Below are positions 36,533 to 47,102 of a DNA stretch of 64,000 nt, in pieces. Position 1 is the stretch's first letter. Each line of letters begins with the position of its first letter. Below the pieces are notes generated by a model. It was given only the letters and a program-made list of their open reading frames with translations. It ran no database searches and was not told the DNA's origin. The stretch comes from a virus. Its lineage: Duplodnaviria; Caudoviricetes. A program made the translations under genes and the position numbers. The stretch lies in the IMG/VR virus record IMGVR_UViG_3300028410_000746, one strand, 5' to 3'.

Positions 36533-36570
36533 ACGTAAGCCTTGACAGCTTCGGCCGTCAAGGCTTACGT
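36533..36570 (+). terminator. Long hairpin with a cUUCGg loop
   Basis: ACGTAAGCCTTGAC...GTCAAGGCTTACGT; no U-tract. Confidence 0.45.
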
Positions 36571-36601
36571 ACGTGTACACGCTTTGACGACGAGGTATAA
36601 A

Positions 36602-36910
36602 ATGAGCGATGAGAAACAGTTTTTCTGGTGCGGTTGGAACGTACCGTTTGCCGCAGCCGAACACGGAGGGGGGGTCTTCCCTTCCAACATGACGGGTTGG
36701 TGTACGGGCGAGGGAGGAGATTACGAGACCTGGGTAGGGGCGGTATGGGCTACGGACGCGGGGGCGGCCATGCAAACCGTGTATTCGTACTACGGAGAGG
36801 CTGCCAACCTCCTCAGCCCCCGTTGGGATGCAGACCCGAGAGGGACAGTGTTGAAGTTGAGTGACCGCTTCGGTACCACCCCGGAAGAGTTTGAGTGTCT
36901 CAAGGGGTGA
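36602..36910 (+). CDS. Hypothetical protein
   Basis: GAGG-ATG at 36602. Confidence 0.6.
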   Translation: MSDEKQFFWCGWNVPFAAAEHGGGVFPSNMTGWCTGEGGDYETWVGAVWATDAGAAMQTVYSYYGEAANLLSPRWDADPRGTVLKLSDRFGTTPEEFECLKG

Positions 36911-36972
36911 TGGCGGTTATGTCCCTATGCCGAGGGTGCGTAACGCTCTAGCCCCTCACCCTCGGCATTCCC

Positions 36973-38046
36973 ATGACACAAGACCTACGACTCAGGAACA
37001 TCTGTCCACACCGCGTCGCATGTGAGGCGCTGGCATTGGATGAAGACCGTCGCACGCTGCGTACGGTCATTCCACCCAGCTCCACCTCCGTGGAAGTGTG
37101 CGTGAACGGAAAGGCCGTCCCACCTGGAGGCATCCTGACCGCCGTGCAGATCTCAGGCCTCCAGCCGGGACCTTTCACCATCGAAGCCGACGACAACGCT
37201 GAGGTCCTCATCTCGGTCAACGGAGGGGCGACACAGAGCGTGACGCTCCCGACCGGAGTAGCCGTGTCTGCGGCTCTTGTGGCGAGCGCGATCAACGATG
37301 GTGTGGAGGGGATCTCGGTTGAGTCCGAGCGTGGTCGGATCGTGATCACTCAGGACCTCAAGGGGGAGTCGGCTACGGTCCTTCTTGATGGAGGCAACGC
37401 GCACGCGACCCTTGGCTTCCCAGAAACGCGTCTCTATCGTGGCCGCGTGGGCTTTCCAGGATGGCGGCTGGTCCGTGATCCCCTCTCCCCCGTATCCTCG
37501 GATCGTGTGGTGTACTTCGACCGCGCGCTCCCCGCCTCGGACGACAGGTTCGAGCTGAGCTACCTCACGCAGCGCTCGCTGTGTCGTCGCTGTGGAGGCC
37601 TGGGGATCGAGAACGACTTCCGCTACGGCACTCAGGGTGACGTGATCTTGATCCAGAACGAGAGCTTGCTGCTCCAGGAGGTCGAGAAGATCGTGTTCAC
37701 CATCCAGGGCTCCAACGTCTTCCACCAGTGGTACGGCACCAGCCTCATCAACCTGATTGGAACCAAGATCTCGGGGCCCAACGGCGGGCAGTTCCTGGAG
37801 ACACGTCTCGTCTCCGAGATCCAAACAGCCCTTGACAGATACATCAGCATCAAGGCTCGTCAGGCTACCGAGCAGCCGGTCACCACCCGTGAGCAGCTCT
37901 CACGTATCGTGTCGATCGAGGTCATACAGGATCGCGTGGACCCTACCATCTTCCGGGTCAAGGTGGCGCTGGAGAACCGGGCCAACCAGCTCGTACGCTT
38001 CGAGGACACCCTGTTCGTGCTCGACGCACCGCTGCGCATCAACTGA
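36973..38046 (+). CDS. Baseplate wedge protein with a C-terminal gp25-like domain
   Basis: LLLQEVEKIVFTIQGSNVFHQWYGTSL...RIVSIEVIQDRVDPTIFRVKV. Confidence 0.75.
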   Translation: MTQDLRLRNICPHRVACEALALDEDRRTLRTVIPPSSTSVEVCVNGKAVPPGGILTAVQISGLQPGPFTIEADDNAEVLISVNGGATQSVTLPTGVAVSAALVASAINDGVEGISVESERGRIVITQDLKGESATVLLDGGNAHATLGFPETRLYRGRVGFPGWRLVRDPLSPVSSDRVVYFDRALPASDDRFELSYLTQRSLCRRCGGLGIENDFRYGTQGDVILIQNESLLLQEVEKIVFTIQGSNVFHQWYGTSLINLIGTKISGPNGGQFLETRLVSEIQTALDRYISIKARQATEQPVTTREQLSRIVSIEVIQDRVDPTIFRVKVALENRANQLVRFEDTLFVLDAPLRIN

Positions 38047-38198
38047 CGCGCTTGAGGAACTCCCCCAAGGGCTCTCCCACGATCCGCTCCCACGCCCGTG
38101 CAGCCTGCGTCATGTCGGCAGTATGGCTTTAGAATGTGCTTATAGACTGCGATCTGTGAAAGCCGACGTACCCGTACACGTTTCAGGAGATCACAGTC

Positions 38199-41100
38199 AT
38201 GGCCTTGACCCCCACCATTGCTCTAGAGGGCGCCTCGACGTTTGCGGAGCGGCTCGCCGTGGTGACCTCGATACGAGACCAGACGATCGTAGGAGAGCTG
38301 GCGGAGGCCGTGGTAGACATTCAGGTTCGGGTCAACGGAGGGGCGTTTCGCTCGGACGCCTCTCTGGTAGCGTTTGATCAGACGGGGTTCACGGTCCCGA
38401 ATCCATCAGCGCTGCCGGAAGGGTTGAGGCTGGCGTTCGGGCCCAACACGATTGAGATCCGCACGGTCGACGTCACGGGAGCGGTTAGCACTCCCGCCAC
38501 CGCTCAGATTGAAGTGACGCGCGCCCAAGACCTTGACCTCCTGGTCTCGGCTCCCACCGGTCTGCGTGTCCGCCGTCGCTCCAGCGCTGTGGAGGTCGTA
38601 TGGGCGGAGAACCTCGAAACGTCCGTGATCGGGTACAACGTCTGGGCCTCGACGGAGGCCGGTGGAGGTTCAGCGGGATACTTCCGACTCAACCCCAACC
38701 TCATCACCACGCCCGCCTTCTCCGAGGATGAGCTGGTGGACGTGGAGTCGGCTACGCTGACCTACACCTCCACGGCCGGCTCGCTTCGGATCGCCTTGAC
38801 CGAGGAGGACTTTGAAGACGTCACCGTGGCGACGGTTGGAAACTTCACCCTGGATACGTCGCTGGCCAGTGACCCCTTGCAGGTGACTACGAACGTCCAG
38901 TCGATCCAGACCATCATCTACCTCAACTTCGTGCACGACCGGGAAGACAGCGCCACGCTCAACAACGAGCAGTTCGTGGCGATCCCCAACGATGAGCCTC
39001 TCTACTACGTGATCACAGCCCTTGCGCTGGACCCCGTGACCAACCAGCAGGTGGAGAGCGTCTACAGCTCCGAGCTGGTAGGCCTCCCGCTCGTGCTGGA
39101 TACCTCGTTGACTGAGGTGCGACCCAGGACGCGTGAGGAGATCATCCGTGACTACCTCACGACCCTGGTGACCGAGAACAATCAGATCAGCGGCATCCCC
39201 GGCTCGGTCACTCGCGACATCCACATCGAGCCCCCGGCATCCGAGGCCGAGCGTCTGCACTTCGTGGCAGACTTCGTACGTCGCTCAAGGTCCTTTGCGA
39301 CCCTGGTAGCCATTGACGATCTTGATGGAGATGGCATCACCGACGTGACCAACTCCTACAAGGTAGCTCTCCAGGCTTCCTTGGGTCTGACCGACCTTGC
39401 GGATGTCCAGACGCTCATTGACGACTCCTTCGACGCGCTCGCGTCAAACGTGCAGGTGACCCGTGGCGGCCAGACGCAGGCCGTTGGACAGGCCGTGTTC
39501 TTCACCCGCAGCGAGCCTACCACAGATCGAGTGGTTGAGGCGGGCACGGTCATTTCGACCCAGGGGACACCTGCCATCACGTTCGAGACGACCGCGCGCG
39601 TGGTGCTGCCCTTTGCGGACCGGGAGAGCTACTTCAACCTCTCGACGAACCGCTGGGAGATCGTCTCACCCATCCGTGCCATCAACGCCGGCCTCGCTGG
39701 GAACGTCACCTCAGGACAGATTGATACGGTGATCGGCTCAGGTACCAGCCTCCAGGTCGTCAACACGGAGGTCACTCGCTTTGGCCGAGACGAGGAGTCG
39801 AACCTGGACCTCGCAGAGCGTGGCATCCTCGCCTTCTCTTCGGTGGACTCGGGTACCGCAGGGGGCTATCTGGCGACCGCGCTCAAGCAGATCGGAGTCT
39901 TCCGGGCCCTGGTGGTCAAGTCTGGCGACGACTCCATGGTTCGCGATTGGGACCCCGTGAGGATGAAGCAGATCGGAGGCAAGGTCGACGTGTGGGTTCA
40001 GGGGAGCGACCTCAACACAGTCACGGAGCCCTTCGCGCTGACGTTTAGCGTCGCGCGTGGCATTCAGTTCGTGCTCGACTCCAACCCCGCCGACCTCACC
40101 TTCATCACCAACGATCCCCGGATCACCCCGACGAGCCCGATCACTGAGGTGCTGGGAAGCACCGCGTCTCAGATCGCACAGGGCTTCGCCTTCCGTAACG
40201 CGACCACGGCGCAAGACTTCAACCTCACCGGCGTGGTCATTCTGGACTACAACCGCGTCCGGCTCGACTCAGGGCTCGCCCAACCCGTCCTGGCAGTCAA
40301 CGACGTGGTGCTCGGGGATGTCCGCTTCCAGTCTGGTGCCTCCTACGAGCCGCGCCGTCAGCCTATCTTCGACGTGGACAGCCTACGCTCGACCACCGAC
40401 AACGTGGCCTTGACCGAGGACAGCAACTTCCGCTTCATTCAGGACGATGACCCTTTGCTCACGGGGCGCTCTCCTCGCGCACAGGACCGCATCCTGATCA
40501 CGCCCGTGGGCGGCGTGCCTTCAGGTGCTCAGGTGCAGGTCAACGACGAGAGGCGAGTCCTGGTAGGCCAGAACCCCGTCGCGTTGGCCAACCTGGGAAC
40601 CAACAGCCTCACGGTACGAGTCTTCGACCTCACACGCACCGTGGAGTACGCCGGGCCGTCTGCGGCCAGCCCCGACTTCTTGCTCGTTGAGGGAGACGAG
40701 AGGACCCCTGTGAGGCTCCAACGCGTAGCCAGTGGGCTCATCGGCAACGGTGAAGAGGTCTCGGTCGACTACCTCCATGACGAGAACTTCGAGCTGGTCT
40801 ATTCGGTCAATGATCTCCCGGCGCGCGTTCAGAGTGCGGTGGACATCCAGTCGCACGTCACCGCTGACGTACTGGTCAAGAGCGCTATCCCTCTTGAGGT
40901 CGACCTCGAAATGACCGTACGTCTCCAGGACTCAGCCTCTCAGGCGGTCGTGGACGCAGCCCTGAAGACCCAGATCTCCCAGCTCCTCAACTCCAAGGGG
41001 ATCGGAGAGGGCATCTACCAGTCCGACGTGGTGCGTGTGGTCGAGAATACGGCTGGCGTGATCTTCGTGGTGGTGCCCTTCGCGCGCATGGCGGCCGCTG

Positions 41101-41597
41101 ACGACGCTCTAATCGTTCGCGAGACCCTGAACACGGCCTCGACCTTCCTGGAGCAGAGAGGGGCAGTGAAGGCGTACCTGCTCACGGACGCGCTGGACTA
41201 CCCGACCACGGACGGCGGGGGACCGGTAGACAGCGCGCGCGGGATCTTCGTGGACACGCAGGCCCGTACCCTCGTGGACACATACGATGAGCTGTTTGTG
41301 AGCGGGACGCGCGCGCTTATCCTCGGCAACCTGGGACGCGCCATTCCAGGGTACTCGGACGACGTGACCTTGACAGCTCAGGGCTTCACGACACCTGAAG
41401 AGCGAGACCAGGAGCGATCACGCTTGACCGCCAACAAGGTCCTCGTGAGCTTGCCCGATGGCAGCGTGCCGGATCTCTTCTCGTGGGCGGCGACGTACGT
41501 AGTATCTGGCGACTCGGGAGCCACGTCTATCGTCCCCAGCCCGATCAGCTACGTTGAGCTTGGCGACCTCTCCATCACCTACACCAAGTCCACGTAA
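38199..41597 (+). CDS. Baseplate J-like protein with an N-terminal FnIII-like region
   Basis: PGSVTRD, AVGQAVFF, AINAGLAGNVTSG, RDEESNLDLAER, GKVDVWVQG. Confidence 0.85.
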   Translation: MALTPTIALEGASTFAERLAVVTSIRDQTIVGELAEAVVDIQVRVNGGAFRSDASLVAFDQTGFTVPNPSALPEGLRLAFGPNTIEIRTVDVTGAVSTPATAQIEVTRAQDLDLLVSAPTGLRVRRRSSAVEVVWAENLETSVIGYNVWASTEAGGGSAGYFRLNPNLITTPAFSEDELVDVESATLTYTSTAGSLRIALTEEDFEDVTVATVGNFTLDTSLASDPLQVTTNVQSIQTIIYLNFVHDREDSATLNNEQFVAIPNDEPLYYVITALALDPVTNQQVESVYSSELVGLPLVLDTSLTEVRPRTREEIIRDYLTTLVTENNQISGIPGSVTRDIHIEPPASEAERLHFVADFVRRSRSFATLVAIDDLDGDGITDVTNSYKVALQASLGLTDLADVQTLIDDSFDALASNVQVTRGGQTQAVGQAVFFTRSEPTTDRVVEAGTVISTQGTPAITFETTARVVLPFADRESYFNLSTNRWEIVSPIRAINAGLAGNVTSGQIDTVIGSGTSLQVVNTEVTRFGRDEESNLDLAERGILAFSSVDSGTAGGYLATALKQIGVFRALVVKSGDDSMVRDWDPVRMKQIGGKVDVWVQGSDLNTVTEPFALTFSVARGIQFVLDSNPADLTFITNDPRITPTSPITEVLGSTASQIAQGFAFRNATTAQDFNLTGVVILDYNRVRLDSGLAQPVLAVNDVVLGDVRFQSGASYEPRRQPIFDVDSLRSTTDNVALTEDSNFRFIQDDDPLLTGRSPRAQDRILITPVGGVPSGAQVQVNDERRVLVGQNPVALANLGTNSLTVRVFDLTRTVEYAGPSAASPDFLLVEGDERTPVRLQRVASGLIGNGEEVSVDYLHDENFELVYSVNDLPARVQSAVDIQSHVTADVLVKSAIPLEVDLEMTVRLQDSASQAVVDAALKTQISQLLNSKGIGEGIYQSDVVRVVENTAGVIFVVVPFARMAAADDALIVRETLNTASTFLEQRGAVKAYLLTDALDYPTTDGGGPVDSARGIFVDTQARTLVDTYDELFVSGTRALILGNLGRAIPGYSDDVTLTAQGFTTPEERDQERSRLTANKVLVSLPDGSVPDLFSWAATYVVSGDSGATSIVPSPISYVELGDLSITYTKST

Positions 41598-41608
41598 GGG
41601 AGGCCTTC

Positions 41609-42892
41609 ATGGCCAACAGCTTCCAGGGAGGCCGTCAGACACCAACCCCTCTCGTCGAGAGTGGTAAGGGATACGACCGCGCGCTCGCCGCCCGTGGGCG
41701 CGCGATCACCAGCGCGCTCATGAACCTCCTCCCTTCAAACTACGAATCGACCGTCATAGGGCCCAACTACACGCTCTTCCTCAAGGCGTTCGGAGTGGAG
41801 CTGGCGAGGGTCACCCTCGTGCTGGAGCGGGTAGCCGAGGGGATGAGCTTTGAGCGGGTCCCTTCGGAGTTCCTTTGGGAGACGCTGGGCTACCTCGTCT
41901 TCCTGAACGGGCAGATCCCCGACCTGGGATTTGACGATGAGAGCTTCCGCGCGTTCCTGCTCGCGGTCGTCAGGATCTACTTCCAGGGCTCGACCCCTGA
42001 GGCCATCGCGGAGGGTATCGCGTTGTTTACAGACGCGACGTTCACGATCCGAGAGCTGTACGAAGAGGCTCAGGACCCCGGTTCCATCTACGACATCTCC
42101 GACCAGTTCGGCTTCCTCGTGGACTTCGAGGTCCAGGGGCAGTTCCCCACCAACCCCTTCGAGCTGGATGCAAACACGAGGCTCCTGCTCGAAATCATCC
42201 GGCCGGCGCACACGCTCTACCGCCTACGCTTCGTCTTTGGTGAGGACGTGGGGGAGATCATCCGGAACATCACCGACGACCTCTCCTGGGAACTACGCGT
42301 CTACCACTACGAGGAGGTTCGCAAATACTGCGAGGGTCTTCTGGGGTTCACCTCTTCCACCGGTGCCGTTGCCTCGCCCAACCTCAACCTGATCACCGAC
42401 CTCAACCACCTCCTGGAGTCCGTCCACGCTGGAGCCCGGCTTACGGTGTTCTCCGGGCCCAACACGGGCATCTACGAGGTCGTCAGTGTGGTAGGTTCTG
42501 CGCTAGACGTCTACCCTCCCTTGCGGGTGCCGCAGACCGACATCGCCTACAAGGTCGAGAGGGATCGTCTGGGGCACAAGAAAGAGATCTCGGTGGTGGG
42601 AGAGGTGGGCCGAACGTCCATAGCCCCCTCCAGGCTCGTGGCTGATGCGGGAGGTCCGTACTCCGTCGCGTCTTCAGGCTCAGTGGTCTTGGCACCTGTG
42701 ATCACAGGCGCAGCCGGGGCGTTGACCTATGCGTGGGACCTGACGGGCGACAACGTGTACGACGACGCCCTCATCGAAACGCCTACCTTCACGGCAGGGG
42801 TCGGCCCAGACTCTCAGGTGGTGTCTCTACGCGTCGTGGACGATCTTGGGAGAGAGACCAAGGCCTTCGCTACCATCACCATCCTCCCCTGA
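41609..42892 (+). CDS. Baseplate wedge / tail protein I-like with a C-terminal PKD-like domain
   Basis: YRAFLL-like RAFLLAVVRIYFQGSTP; IIRPAHTLY; LTYAWDLTGD. Confidence 0.7.
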   Translation: MANSFQGGRQTPTPLVESGKGYDRALAARGRAITSALMNLLPSNYESTVIGPNYTLFLKAFGVELARVTLVLERVAEGMSFERVPSEFLWETLGYLVFLNGQIPDLGFDDESFRAFLLAVVRIYFQGSTPEAIAEGIALFTDATFTIRELYEEAQDPGSIYDISDQFGFLVDFEVQGQFPTNPFELDANTRLLLEIIRPAHTLYRLRFVFGEDVGEIIRNITDDLSWELRVYHYEEVRKYCEGLLGFTSSTGAVASPNLNLITDLNHLLESVHAGARLTVFSGPNTGIYEVVSVVGSALDVYPPLRVPQTDIAYKVERDRLGHKKEISVVGEVGRTSIAPSRLVADAGGPYSVASSGSVVLAPVITGAAGALTYAWDLTGDNVYDDALIETPTFTAGVGPDSQVVSLRVVDDLGRETKAFATITILP

Positions 42893-43307
42893 TGCTCTTG
42901 AGGGCGTGGTAGGTCATGTGCCATTTCCAGTCTTCAAACCAGAACTCACGCTCCTTCATCTCCCGGTAGTTGGGGTCGGAGCTGTGGGCGGAGACAGGGC
43001 AGAACTCGGAGGTTGGGCAGACAGCGGAGACCGCAGAGCGAACAATTCCGAAGATCTCATGCCAAGCACGGTTTGGGTCGTCCTCACGGGGTAGGTGGGA
43101 GGCCCGCCAGCAGGTAGACACGACGTAGTACGTCTTCTCAGCCGGAGGTAAAACCCCACCGGTGTGCCTAGTTATAAGTCGCAGGTCTCCAGGCGATGCC
43201 TCTCTTCGGAAGTAGGCTCCAATCGCTTCAAGTCTCCGGATCAGATTTTCCTGATCCGCTTTTTCCAGGCCTCGGACCCAGGGGTCAGACTCCCAGAGGT
43301 CGAGCAC
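42876..43307 (-). CDS. Hypothetical protein
   Basis: 143-aa ORF; start uncertain. Confidence 0.45.
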   Translation of the reverse strand: MLDLWESDPWVRGLEKADQENLIRRLEAIGAYFRREASPGDLRLITRHTGGVLPPAEKTYYVVSTCWRASHLPREDDPNRAWHEIFGIVRSAVSAVCPTSEFCPVSAHSSDPNYREMKEREFWFEDWKWHMTYHALKSIRGGW

Positions 43308-43371
43308 AATAATCTTCTTGTAAGAGCGGGTGAGTGTTGACTACCAAGACCCCCCTTCGGAGAATCCCCAC

Positions 43372-44412
43372 ATGTCCCACGTCAAGCTGGCTCAGCGTGT
43401 CGCGTACCTCTACTCCCACCGCCACGCCGCGCAGTTCAAGTATGCGGGGCCTCTCACCGACGTGAGCAAGCTCCGGTACCAAGCGGTGTTCCTGATGGGG
43501 CCTGCGGGGTCGGGCAAGTCGTACCTCGTGGACGGCATGTATATGAAGTACATGCCCGGAGCCCCTCCGGAGGGCGTCAAGAGAGAGAACCTGTCCAAAT
43601 ACTTTGAGCGTGATCTTAGCGAGGCCGAGCGAGGCCTCACCAACGTCACCTTTGACAAGGCCGTGGAGTCGCTCCGTTCTCGGGGATTCGAGATTGAGTT
43701 GGCCCAAGGAGGAGGAAGCGCGCGTATCCCCTTCCGCCTCTACACCTACGACGAGACGGGAGGTGAGGCCCTGATCGACCCTTCGGACTATGGTAACGCC
43801 CTCCCCAAAGACATTTACCAGGAGGTCAAGGAGCTGGAGTCTGTGATCTATCGCGCTCCCAAGCGTGAGCTGCCCTCATACTGGCGTCAGGTGAACCCGG
43901 ACCTCTACAAGGAGGAGCTTATAGGTTACCGAGAGGGTCAGCCGGGCTTTGTCCATGAGATGTCTTCTCAGATGTCGAAGGGCTACTTCGCGGCCGCTCT
44001 TGAGTCCGGAGATCCGATGGTCGTGGACGGTACGGGCACGAACCTGCGCAAGATGACCCGGCAGATCGCGGAGGCGAAGGCCGAGGGATATCAGACCAGC
44101 GTGGTCTACGTCTACGTACCTTTGACCATCTCCCTTCTGCGCAACGCAGCCAGGGCGCGCAAGGTAGACCCCTTCGTCGTCTTGAACCAGTGGAAGGCTG
44201 TACACAAGAACTACCCCAAGCTCCGTGGCTTCGCAGACAAGGCCAAGCTCATCGACAACTCCAACCCTTCCTACGATGCCAAGCTGTACCAGACCAAGGG
44301 GGAGGGTGTAGACCAGTTCATGCGTCAGAAGACCAACATGTCCCTCGCGGAGTTCGTCATGGCCGAGGCGCCACAGGAGCGCTCGGTGCTCAAGAAGTTG
44401 GGCGCTCTCTGA
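43372..44412 (+). CDS. Zeta-toxin-like / AAA_33 P-loop kinase
   Basis: VFLMGPAGSGKS; VNPD; MVVDGTG; VVYVYVPLTISLLRNAARARKV; LIDNS. Confidence 0.8.
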   Translation: MSHVKLAQRVAYLYSHRHAAQFKYAGPLTDVSKLRYQAVFLMGPAGSGKSYLVDGMYMKYMPGAPPEGVKRENLSKYFERDLSEAERGLTNVTFDKAVESLRSRGFEIELAQGGGSARIPFRLYTYDETGGEALIDPSDYGNALPKDIYQEVKELESVIYRAPKRELPSYWRQVNPDLYKEELIGYREGQPGFVHEMSSQMSKGYFAAALESGDPMVVDGTGTNLRKMTRQIAEAKAEGYQTSVVYVYVPLTISLLRNAARARKVDPFVVLNQWKAVHKNYPKLRGFADKAKLIDNSNPSYDAKLYQTKGEGVDQFMRQKTNMSLAEFVMAEAPQERSVLKKLGAL

Positions 44413-44434
44413 GACCTTGACCCGACTACGCAAG

Positions 44435-44470
44435 AAGAGGCCCTCCTGAATCAAATCAGGAGGGCCTCTT
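44435..44470. terminator. Bidirectional terminator between convergent genes
   Basis: AAGAGGCCCTCCTGA-ATCAAA-TCAGGAGGGCCTCTT then GTTTTT. Confidence 0.8.
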
Positions 44471-44475
44471 GTTTT

Positions 44476-44757
44476 TCACGCCCACAGCGGCCGTTTCTTC
44501 TCACACATGAAGTCCACGGACAGCCCCTCTCGGACCCTGACCAGCTCCTCCCGGTCAAACACATCATCGACGAAGACGGCCTCCTTCATCTTCTCTTGCA
44601 GGGCTTTATCAGCGGACACGAAGGCTCTTACGGCCTCCTCCAGCTCTGCCAGAACGTCGACTCCTCTCTTAACCCGGTCACGTCGGGCTTCCACCTCAAC
44701 ATGACCGGCCAGCTCTTCGACCATACAGGCCACGACCAGCTCGAACATTTTTTCCAT
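44476..44757 (-). CDS. Hypothetical protein
   Basis: GGAGAGG RBS; downstream of P6. Confidence 0.6.
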   Translation of the reverse strand: MEKMFELVVACMVEELAGHVEVEARRDRVKRGVDVLAELEEAVRAFVSADKALQEKMKEAVFVDDVFDREELVRVREGLSVDFMCEKKRPLWA

Positions 44758-44832
44758 TCGGACACCTCTCCGGCAGTCTCTCTGGCCCCCAGGAGTACCT
44801 GAGAGGGCGGTCAAGAACTCTCCGCCACCACT

Positions 44833-44861
44833 CCTATACCACAAGGAGAGTTTGTCGTAAA
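44833..44861 (-). promoter_or_regulatory. Repeated phage promoter P6
   Basis: TTTACG-N17-TATAGG with CTTGTGG. Confidence 0.75.
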
Positions 44862-44868
44862 AACTTAC

Positions 44869-45297
44869 TCAGGTAGACCAAACGACGTCGTACCCCATCA
44901 CGTAGTAGGAGTAGAACCGAAACACCTCCTTTCTCTTCCCCTGTCGGTAGTGGTCCCCGGCCCACGCATCCGCAGATCGGTCCTGTGGAAAACTCGAATG
45001 CTCCAGCAGCTTCGTGCACATCTCAAGCGTCATAAGGTATCCGCGTCCGTTGCTCCAGCCCTTCTCGCAGTCTCTCCAGTAGGTGTGGTCAAACACACCC
45101 TCTTCACCCTTGTCCAGCTCTGCCAGGACCTCCCTCAGGATCTGGATGCACTGTTCATGGTCACAGTCCTCCAACAGCGGGTAGCCCAGCGCCTTGCCCA
45201 TCGAGAGCGCCGAACCTCTATGCACGCTCATACTGCTGATAGGCTCCCTCGCGTCTACAAGGCTGCCCGTCGTCTCAACGTCTACTGATCTCGCCAT
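44869..45297 (-). CDS. Hypothetical protein
   Basis: GAGGA RBS; downstream of P7. Confidence 0.6.
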   Translation of the reverse strand: MARSVDVETTGSLVDAREPISSMSVHRGSALSMGKALGYPLLEDCDHEQCIQILREVLAELDKGEEGVFDHTYWRDCEKGWSNGRGYLMTLEMCTKLLEHSSFPQDRSADAWAGDHYRQGKRKEVFRFYSYYVMGYDVVWST

Positions 45298-45328
45298 GTC
45301 CTCACCTCTTGAAGTGGTTGTTGCCTTC

Positions 45329-45358
45329 CTTATACCACAAGAGAGAGAGGCGAGTAAA
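45329..45358 (-). promoter_or_regulatory. Repeated phage promoter P7 (variant)
   Basis: TTTACT-N18-TATAAG with CTTGTGG. Confidence 0.65.
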
Positions 45359-45363
45359 GAGAC

Positions 45364-45930
45364 TCAGTTCACGATACCGTCGTGCGCGTGATCCATGACC
45401 GAAACGCTCCAGAACATGAGCAGCGTGTGGAAGTCCGGGAAGACGGTGACGAACACCGGCTCGGCCTGAGCGTGGACGCTCTGGAGGATACGCGCGCCTG
45501 ACTTGAAGGGGAGAGGGTCGCTGGGGAGGAGACGAAGCGTGAGCCGGGTGAAGACCTCACGCACTTCAACCTTTTGAAGGGGAACCGTGGTCTCCTCATA
45601 CAGGACGGTCATGTGGTTGTCCTGGTGGCGCAGCATTGGGACGTGTGGGGTCCCGGCATCTTCGCACGGCTTGAGCAGCATGGAGCGCATGTTCATGTCC
45701 GAGACCGCGCTGTTGAGCAGGTTGAGCTTGTTGAGGTACAAGAAGGCCTGCTGGTAACGGTGCACGTGTTGATCAAAGATCTCCATGAAGTCTTCGCTGG
45801 AAGCCTCCTGGAAGTTTGGCAGCGTGTGTAGAGGGATCTCCTGGAGCTTGTCCACCTGCTGCGAGTAGTTCTCTCGCCACCGCTCCAGGGTCTGTCTCAT
45901 CACCGGGTTCTCGTACAGCATCTTCGTCAT
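45364..45930 (-). CDS. Hypothetical protein
   Basis: GGAG-ATG, 188 aa. Confidence 0.65.
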   Translation of the reverse strand: MTKMLYENPVMRQTLERWRENYSQQVDKLQEIPLHTLPNFQEASSEDFMEIFDQHVHRYQQAFLYLNKLNLLNSAVSDMNMRSMLLKPCEDAGTPHVPMLRHQDNHMTVLYEETTVPLQKVEVREVFTRLTLRLLPSDPLPFKSGARILQSVHAQAEPVFVTVFPDFHTLLMFWSVSVMDHAHDGIVN

Positions 45931-45984
45931 GGGGGACTCCAGGTCAGGGGGTTACCTGACACAGACCACCAAAACATCACCGTC

Positions 45985-46275
45985 TTACGCCAGCGCTCGC
46001 TTGACAGACGCTCGGACTGCCTTCGCGAACTTCAAGCAGGTCGACTTATCGGGCTGTGTGTACGTCTCGTAAGCCCCGGTCCGGTGAATCCGGATGCTCC
46101 ACATGAGCATGTTTACGTCGTACGACACGTCAATGGCGTTGAACGTCCTTACATGCCAGGACGTCTCGATCCTGCCGTTGGCGGGGTTGGCCATCGGGCC
46201 CGAGATGACCACGAGAGGTCCCTCAGTCATGATGAGGTTCTCGCCTATCGTTGTTGCTTTTCCGTCCATGTTCAT
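45985..46275 (-). CDS. Hypothetical protein
   Basis: GGAG-ATG. Confidence 0.6.
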   Translation of the reverse strand: MNMDGKATTIGENLIMTEGPLVVISGPMANPANGRIETSWHVRTFNAIDVSYDVNMLMWSIRIHRTGAYETYTQPDKSTCLKFAKAVRASVKRALA

Positions 46276-46306
46276 ATCTCCGTGTCAGTAAAGGGGTTTA
46301 TTGAAG

Positions 46307-47023
46307 TCATGGCGCCAAGAAGGAGGTCTCGGGTTGGGGCTCTCCCGTCTCCGAAGGCACGCTCACCAATACTCTGGACGGCCATCGCAGCGCTGTCAAA
46401 GCTCCCCCTCGCACGCATGAGGTGTCCAGGCATGCCCAGAACGTGTGAGCCTTGGTCTCATTGAGCCAGTAGTGCCCAAAGGCCACGAACTCGGGCCCTT
46501 CCCACGCCTCCCACCACCGGACGCGCTCGCGCTCAGCATTGACGAGACCGTAGATGCACTCTCGCGTCTCCCCCGGATAGGCGTGGACACACAACAGGCT
46601 GCCCCCATCCACCTCCAGGACGTGCGGGAGGTCCTTGAGCATACAGACGCCAAAGGCTTCCAGCTCTTCGGGAGTATAGCGCTCCCGGAGCTGTGTGATG
46701 GTGCCCTGGAGGCCGTGAGCTATCGTGACCGGGTTGCCCATCATCCAGCGCGCGAGCATGTTGTCGTGGTTGCCCATGACCCACTCGACACGACCCGCCC
46801 TCCAGTTGGTGTATACCAAGTCGAAGACGTCCGCGTTGCTCGGGCCTCGGTCACACAGGTCTCCCAGGAAGACGACCTTGCGACCTTTTGGATGACTGAT
46901 CACGCCCTCTTCCAACACGTACCCCAGCTTCTCCAGGAGCTTGAGCAGCTCCACGTAGCAGCCGTGGACGTCCCCTATGACATCACATTCGACCAGTTCG
47001 TGCCTGTTTACTCGCCTCGTCAT
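46307..47023 (-). CDS. PPP-family metallophosphatase (PrpE/ApaH-like)
   Basis: IGDVHG, FLGDLCDRG, GNHD, VAFGHY, LDTSCVRGGALTA. Confidence 0.92.
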   Translation of the reverse strand: MTRRVNRHELVECDVIGDVHGCYVELLKLLEKLGYVLEEGVISHPKGRKVVFLGDLCDRGPSNADVFDLVYTNWRAGRVEWVMGNHDNMLARWMMGNPVTIAHGLQGTITQLRERYTPEELEAFGVCMLKDLPHVLEVDGGSLLCVHAYPGETRECIYGLVNAERERVRWWEAWEGPEFVAFGHYWLNETKAHTFWACLDTSCVRGGALTALRWPSRVLVSVPSETGEPQPETSFLAP

Positions 47024-47102
47024 TCGTATTGTCCTTATACTCGATGCTCTACGTAAGGTTCGTATACCTCAACTTACGTCAACCTGTCAAGGATTCTTCC
47101 TC

